Virus record (IMG/VR): IMGVR_UViG_3300024331_000007
Coordinates: 128,001-192,000 of that record
Length of the DNA: 64,000 nt
Strand: one strand, 5' to 3'
Source of the DNA: a virus
Taxonomy: Duplodnaviria; Caudoviricetes
Below, piece by piece: positions 58,450 to 64,000 of this stretch; the first letter of the stretch is position 1; every line of letters starts with the position of its first letter. The position numbers and the translations under genes were made by a program. Under the pieces are notes generated by a model, which was given only the letters and a program-made list of their open reading frames with translations, did not search any database and had not been told where the DNA came from.

Positions 58450-59055
58450 TTAGCCAATCATTGCCCTAATCAATTCGATTTGAGTCTCCAAAACGTGCCT
58501 AACGTTCTGATACGCGGCCTCTTGCTGAGGGAACAACTTACGAGCAGCCTTGAGCAATGGCAGGATAAACTCTTCAGTTTCAGCAATATATGACAACTGC
58601 TTTTCCTTGCCGAAAACGCCATGCATAGATTGGTGATTGTGCATTCTATCGATGCCCTTTGCCAAACTCGCAACGGGATCATTAACCATAGCAGCGTAAT
58701 ACTTGTCAAGCGGCTTTTTGACGCCAGAGACTTGATTGGTCATGAGTTCAACATGATTCGCATTGCGATCTCCAAACATTTCATTGATGACCGACATGCC
58801 AACATTACAATCTTCAACAACGTCATGGAGCCAAATGGTTATCATTGTTTCCTCGGGAAACATTGTTTGGTCCAAAATGGTACGCGCAAAATTTGCCTGA
58901 GAGACTTGATGCTGAAATTCTGGCGTGACCTTATCCTTGCGTAAACCAACATGCTTACTCTGAGCAAAATTCATTGCTCTGAGAGCAGTGTGATATCCAC
59001 GGCCAACTTGCCAATATCGAATAGCAATTCTCATCTTTTCAAAGTCTTGCTTCAT
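58450..59055 (-). CDS. HD-domain hydrolase, RelA/SpoT hydrolase (Mesh1)-like
   Basis: H.G.RKD..TP...H, LHDVVED, V..MT, K..DR.HN. Confidence 0.8.
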   Translation of the reverse strand: MKQDFEKMRIAIRYWQVGRGYHTALRAMNFAQSKHVGLRKDKVTPEFQHQVSQANFARTILDQTMFPEETMITIWLHDVVEDCNVGMSVINEMFGDRNANHVELMTNQVSGVKKPLDKYYAAMVNDPVASLAKGIDRMHNHQSMHGVFGKEKQLSYIAETEEFILPLLKAARKLFPQQEAAYQNVRHVLETQIELIRAMIG

Positions 59056-59077
59056 CGTAGTCTCCTAACCACATTAT

Positions 59078-59106
59078 AGTGTACCAAACTTTATCGATAA
59101 AGTCAA
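59078..59106 (-). promoter_or_regulatory. sigma70-type early promoter
   Basis: TTGACT-N17-TACACT. Confidence 0.65.
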
Positions 59107-59111
59107 GTATA

Positions 59112-59393
59112 TTATCTTTCAAGCATATGCAGCATAACGTAGTTTTTGTCAACCCACGTAACTTGTGATGGCATCTTGTAAACTGTTTTTACCTGTGTTT
59201 CTGCGCGTGTATAACCGTCTTTCCAAGCACGACACAATCCAATTTCATCATGCCGTTGGCGCAGTCGTCCATGACGCCTTACAGTTCCAGCATTGCGAAA
59301 CTCTACAACTTCAAATAGTTGAACATCGCCGCTCGCCCATACAGCAGTAACGTAATCACCAATTTCAATCGAGTGTCCAATTGCATCAATCAT
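59112..59393 (-). CDS. SH3-like small protein
   Basis: DAIGHSIEIGDYV; ends VMLHMLER. Confidence 0.6.
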   Translation of the reverse strand: MIDAIGHSIEIGDYVTAVWASGDVQLFEVVEFRNAGTVRRHGRLRQRHDEIGLCRAWKDGYTRAETQVKTVYKMPSQVTWVDKNYVMLHMLER

Positions 59394-61178
59394 ATGTCCA
59401 CCTTCATCGGATACGCAAGAACATGCTTGTTTGGTTTACAATATGTTTTCTTATTTTTATGAACCCAAACATTATATCCGTCTTCCTCATCAAGATTTCC
59501 GCTGGAATAATTTTCTGCGTCTTCCAAATGTATCTCTTCGTGACAATACTTGCAAATAACAATGATTCCCAATTTAGCGGCAACTATCCGTGATTCTTCC
59601 TGTTTACGAAAAATATTAGTGAAGAAATTCATTTCGGCTCCCATTCATAAGTATTTGCCAGCGGTCCCGGTCTAGCTAATGCCTTGGACCAGCCCGTTTC
59701 GTCACACCAAAAAGTATCAGTGTCTTCGTGATCCCAATACCCAATTCTCGCTACATATTTTCGTTTCAGCCTCTTCCCGCAATTCTCACAAAGAACAATC
59801 ATTCCTAACTTTTCAGCCATTAGTTCAGATTCTGGAATGCGTATGCTCATGGCAGTTTCCTTGGTTTCGCATATGAAGACGATGGATTGGCTTTCGATAC
59901 GCGGTCAGAACAATACCCCAATTTTGAATCTTCGTGCTTCCAAGTTCCAAGTCTTCCAACTTGCTCTAATCGCCTTCCGCAATTTGCACACAGAACAACC
60001 ATTCCTAACTTCTCTGCCATCAATTCGCTATCTGGAATATCAAGTTTCACTATGCGCTCCAATCAACTTTGCGGGGTGTGGCAATGAAGTTTGGATTATT
60101 TTGTTTGCAACGCATTCTGTATTCACCAGTCTTCTCGTTAAGATGTGCATATATTTCTTCATGAAACAGGTGCCGCCAAGGATGCATTTGCATCGATCTA
60201 ACTATAGAAGCCAAGTCTTCACTGATCAAATAAATTCGCTTATGACAATGGATACAAATATGAACAATACCCAATTGTTCTCCCATCAAGTCGCCTTCGG
60301 ATATTTCGGCTTTCTTAATTTTCGATGCCATCTTGTTTACTTCCTATTCTTGGAAAAGCATACAACAATTTGCCAGCGTAACACGCTCGCAATTTTGTTT
60401 CGTCATGAATCCACAAATTTTTATCTGGCGTATTGAACATCTTAAAATCTGCTTCATCATTCGTGATGGAGATTATCTTATTACAATTTATACAAAATCG
60501 CAGGATTCCAAATTTTTCCGCCACCAATTCATTTTTGGATATTCTAGTTTTCATCTTCATCCTCAAACTTCATAATGTCTTCGTGCCAGTCACGATAATC
60601 AGCTTCATCCATAGGAACAGCAATTCCATCCAAAGGATCGTTCCAACATGCTTTACGTCCATCGCTCTGATCACCTGCGTTGTGAACCCACATATGATAA
60701 TCTTCACAAATTGGCCTGCGACAGTTCCAACAAATTTTCGTCAATCCCATAACCGCAGCAAGATACCATTCCTTTTCTTTCTGCTGATTAACTTTGAATT
60801 GTTCTTCTGGCGTCATTCGTTGTAATCCCATTTATCGTAGATGTGTTTGAATATGCGATAATCATCACTGATCTTGTCAAACCAACTAGACAAATCATCG
60901 GCTTCCAAATCAATGTTGTAAGTTTTATCCTTCACAACAACTGTGATCTTTTTTGGTCCTGCTGGAGGATTGAACATTTCTTCCAAGGTTTTAAGACTCG
61001 CGGGTGATGCGTGTGTTGAAGATTTATCGCATACGACACCCTCAGATGCCGTATGAATCCAGCCAATGACATTTCCAACTTTGTCCGAAACAGAATGCAC
61101 ACGGTTGCGGCAATTTTCGCAAAGGAAAATTATACCCATCTTCGCTGCGACGTAATCGTTCTGTTCCTGTTCTGTCAT
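59390..61178 (-). other. array of seven paralogous small Zn-binding ORFs
   Basis: 59390-59644, 59629-59850, 59847-60062, 60050-60331, 60315-60566, 60544-60831 and 60813-61178 all carry (L/Y)(M/V/L)A.(K/Q)(L/M/F)G...CxxC...W.H...C. Confidence 0.75.
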
Positions 61179-61550
61179 GGTGCTCCTACCATTTTTTGTC
61201 CCAAATGAAAATCAGCCAATAGATGACATAGAACCAACTACAGATAAAGTGGATAATAAGCCATCCAATTGAATGCCATGAGTGCCACGACAAAAATGCC
61301 GCCAAAATACCACCGAGCAATCCACCACCACTAGCTTCATTATTATTTTCCATTTAATTCCTCCATGATTCGATCTGTTTCCGCACTCAGTTCTTCGTAT
61401 GTTACACCAAACTTTTTCAGAATTACTGTTCTGGCTGCAACGTACTCTCGTTCCAATTTTGCTTTCTCTTCTGCATTGCTTGCAACTTTTGTCATGTCCA
61501 TGTGTTCGAACATGAGAAATTCTATTGATGACCACGCATCATTGTACGTC

Positions 61551-61880
61551 TTAGCTTTCATGCTTTGCACTCAAAGAAAATTTATACAACATCACAACGT
61601 TTTCGTCAACCTTCACTGTATTGTCGGGTCGAATTGTTGGCTTGTATCCACTTTTTGGCGCTCCCTTTAAAATATCAACAATCTCACAAACCACATATGG
61701 ATCACCCATGACATAACAGCCAGCGGGAATATTATAATTCTTGCTCTTTTTCAAACGGATGCGCGTGATTTGACTTAACAGCATTTCACCGTTGATCGTT
61801 CGTGCCAGAAAATCTCCCACCTTCATAGTTGTGCCCATGAAATCTTGGCAGGATTCGAGGTTTGGGTTTACAGTTCCCAT
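61551..61880 (-). CDS. SH3-like small protein
   Basis: QDFMGTTMKVGDFL; ENVVMLYKF near C-terminus. Confidence 0.55.
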   Translation of the reverse strand: MGTVNPNLESCQDFMGTTMKVGDFLARTINGEMLLSQITRIRLKKSKNYNIPAGCYVMGDPYVVCEIVDILKGAPKSGYKPTIRPDNTVKVDENVVMLYKFSLSAKHES

Positions 61881-61942
61881 GTAACCATTATACCAAACTT
61901 ACAATCTGTTGTCAAATGTATTGAAAATAAAGGACTTAAACA

Positions 61943-61966
61943 CAAAGGCCGCTTTCGCGGCCTTTG
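61943..61966. terminator. bidirectional-looking intrinsic terminator after nrdJ
   Basis: CAAAGGCCGC-TTTC-GCGGCCTTTG. Confidence 0.75.
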
Positions 61967-61967
61967 T

Positions 61968-64000
61968 TTAGGAACATTTCGATCCACCACATTGCAAACA
62001 TTTAGAACATCCACTTTCATAAACCATCTGTGAACTTCCGCAGTTTGAACATGTGGCTCCTGCAATCTTCTCTCCGTCTTTAATGTATCCACCCAACAAC
62101 TTTTTCAAATGGAATAGAAAGCTGGCAAATGTCACACCTTCGATCTTGTCAATTTCTGCAACGATGTTCTTGATTCTAACTCCATGTCGAAGCAGCAATC
62201 CGATTGTTCGCGCAATCTTCGTGCTGTTGCTATCGTGTTGAAATTTCTCCTCAACTCCAGCCACATACTTTTCAGGTATTCCCTTTGTACGCGCCATCGC
62301 CAACAGACGTTCCAACGCATCATTTGTGGTGACTGTCTTTTCCATTGCGTTTGTCTGAACGAATAACGCAATCGGTGCTTTATTCTCATTCAGCGTAACT
62401 GTGACGTACCATTTGCGACTGCTTCCTCCCTCGTGATCACGCAAAACCTTTACCTCAGCACTGCTTGTATCAGGCATCTTAATGTCACTAATGATTACTT
62501 CTTCATCCATATCATTTTTCTGATCGGCTGCGGACAATACAGCAGTCATTGAACCAGATCGATATGTTGTGAGTCCCTTGATGTATCCAGTCTTATAAGC
62601 ATCCAAATAAATGTTTTGAAAGTCTTCAAAACTGTAATCATTTGGGAGGTTGACTGTCTTTGAACATGCACTATCGACGGCCTTTGCAAATCCTTTTAGA
62701 TCACTGACATGTTCATTAACTGAAAGATTGTCAGTAGTGACGGCCCAATCAGCTTTTTCATCCCACAATCCATGAGCCTTCAGGAAACGAACACCATAAT
62801 CCTCGCAAAGAACTTCCTTTGTCAATCCACGATTTTTGTCAATTTTATAGACACCGCCGTGTTTATCTGTTCCTCGAAGAATCTGTTCATCTCCTTCCTG
62901 AGCAAACTTAAACATTTCTGTCTCAAACCACTCGCCCTGATACCAACGAGGTGTATCAGAAGCAATGTGCTCTGGCATATCAGCAACGATTACAGTACGG
63001 ATGTAGCCATGCAAGAAGATAGGCTCAATTCCACCGCTTACAATGTTTGCAAAAATACTGGAATTTCCATTTGGTTGCATTGAGAACAATGAACTGTTGC
63101 GAATACCATACTTACGCATTCTTTCACGCAACGATTTTGGCAGATCAATGTTGTCCCAATATGGACTGAGAACATGCTTCTCAGGATCACAGAACTCAAA
63201 CATTCCTTTTTCCTCGGCAATTTCAATAGATGCTTCAACACCAGCATGCATGAAAGCCTTCAACAACTCTGAACGGACTTCATCGGCCTTTGCTGAACCA
63301 AAACGCACTCGCATCATATACAATGCACTCCCCCAGCCCATAAGACCGCATCCAATACGACGCTTTTTTCGCATGGATTCAACATATTCTGGTAATGGAG
63401 CGTCACTGTATTGATTCACATTGTCAAGGAAACGAACTAGATACTTCACATACTTCTTTACCTTATTCAAATCAAAACTAGTATGTGTTCTGTTCACAAA
63501 CTGTGTAAGATTGAGAGTTCCAAGGCAGCAAATACCACCGGGAGATAGCATCTGTTCGCCACAAGGATTTGTGCTGGCGATCTTTTCAAGATAATTAAGC
63601 TGATTGAACTTATTGGATCGGTCCAGAAATAAGATTCCGGGTTCATTGCGGTTATAGGTGCTTTGAGTAATGAGATTCCACAGCCATTCAACCTTGACCG
63701 TCTTGTAAACGACGACTGGATAGCCTTTTTCCTGCCAATCAACAATGTCGCCTTTCCATTCTTCCTTGTATTGCGCATGGGTTGTTTCTGGAAAAATTAA
63801 GTCCCACGTAACATGATCCAGTTCCAATTGATCAGCACCCATCTTTTTCAGTTCATAAATTGCCAGAACTTTTTCCATGAATGCATCAACACAATTCACG
63901 CTTACATTGAACTTCTGTAATCGGTTACTGGTTTGCTTGGCTGTAATGAACTCAACGATATCTGGATGCCAAACATCCAACACTCCCATCATTGCGCCTT
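61968..64000 (-). CDS. nrdJ: class II (B12-dependent) ribonucleotide reductase, 5' part outside window
   Basis: GAMMGVL.VWHPDI.EFI.AK, TNPCGEQ, CCLGTLNL, RRIGCG, QPNGNSS, SGGIEP, SACSKTVN, KGLTTYRSGS, C-terminal CxxC/CxxC. Confidence 0.93.
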   Translation of the reverse strand, partial: GAMMGVLDVWHPDIVEFITAKQTSNRLQKFNVSVNCVDAFMEKVLAIYELKKMGADQLELDHVTWDLIFPETTHAQYKEEWKGDIVDWQEKGYPVVVYKTVKVEWLWNLITQSTYNRNEPGILFLDRSNKFNQLNYLEKIASTNPCGEQMLSPGGICCLGTLNLTQFVNRTHTSFDLNKVKKYVKYLVRFLDNVNQYSDAPLPEYVESMRKKRRIGCGLMGWGSALYMMRVRFGSAKADEVRSELLKAFMHAGVEASIEIAEEKGMFEFCDPEKHVLSPYWDNIDLPKSLRERMRKYGIRNSSLFSMQPNGNSSIFANIVSGGIEPIFLHGYIRTVIVADMPEHIASDTPRWYQGEWFETEMFKFAQEGDEQILRGTDKHGGVYKIDKNRGLTKEVLCEDYGVRFLKAHGLWDEKADWAVTTDNLSVNEHVSDLKGFAKAVDSACSKTVNLPNDYSFEDFQNIYLDAYKTGYIKGLTTYRSGSMTAVLSAADQKNDMDEEVIISDIKMPDTSSAEVKVLRDHEGGSSRKWYVTVTLNENKAPIALFVQTNAMEKTVTTNDALERLLAMARTKGIPEKYVAGVEEKFQHDSNSTKIARTIGLLLRHGVRIKNIVAEIDKIEGVTFASFLFHLKKLLGGYIKDGEKIAGATCSNCGSSQMVYESGCSKCLQCGGSKCS

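Noticed and set aside
176-63778. Numerous plus-strand and alternate-frame ORFs in the track (e.g. 9278-9697, 12091-12486, 29162-29686, 56548-57117, 59837-60436)
   Set aside because: They are antisense shadows of well-supported minus-strand genes, with no RBS, promoter or recognisable motifs
1-64000. Stop-codon recoding (alternative genetic code)
   Set aside because: Conserved genes are full length in code 11, TAG/TGA/TAA all terminate genes, and no suppressor anticodon was found

Overview
A 64-kb segment of a large lytic T4-superfamily-like (jumbo-type) phage genome, standard genetic code, almost all genes on the minus strand. It has gp41-like helicase, gp61-like primase and class II RNR (partial) genes. 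About 19 near-consensus sigma70 early promoters (TTGAC-N17/18-TAnnnT) point leftwards, and T4-type late promoters (TAAATA) precede virion-like genes and homing endonucleases. Auxiliary genes include nadA, queD, clpS, clpX, clpP, sod, an rpoZ-like gene, RNA ligase, PP2C, metallophosphoesterase, NADAR, an HD hydrolase and a Pth2-like gene. There are six free-standing GIY-YIG endonucleases, nine tRNA genes and many small paralogous ORFs. NadA resembles Acidobacteriota enzymes as I recall them, so the host assignment is inference only. Main finds: (1) a circularly permuted two-piece tmRNA with a 26-aa tag ending -VPVA, in a genome whose ClpX has rewired ssrA-recognition loops; (2) a covarying structured leader RNA downstream of a late promoter in front of four GIY-YIG genes; (3) a shared C-terminal helix (M/L-L-x-K-L-E-S/N) on about 17 unrelated small proteins; (4) a stand-alone SerRS N-terminal tRNA-binding arm plus a long-variable-arm tRNA with a UAU anticodon; (5) several unassigned structured RNAs, one with a hatchet-ribozyme-like layout. 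All family calls come from motif recognition, with no database searches.
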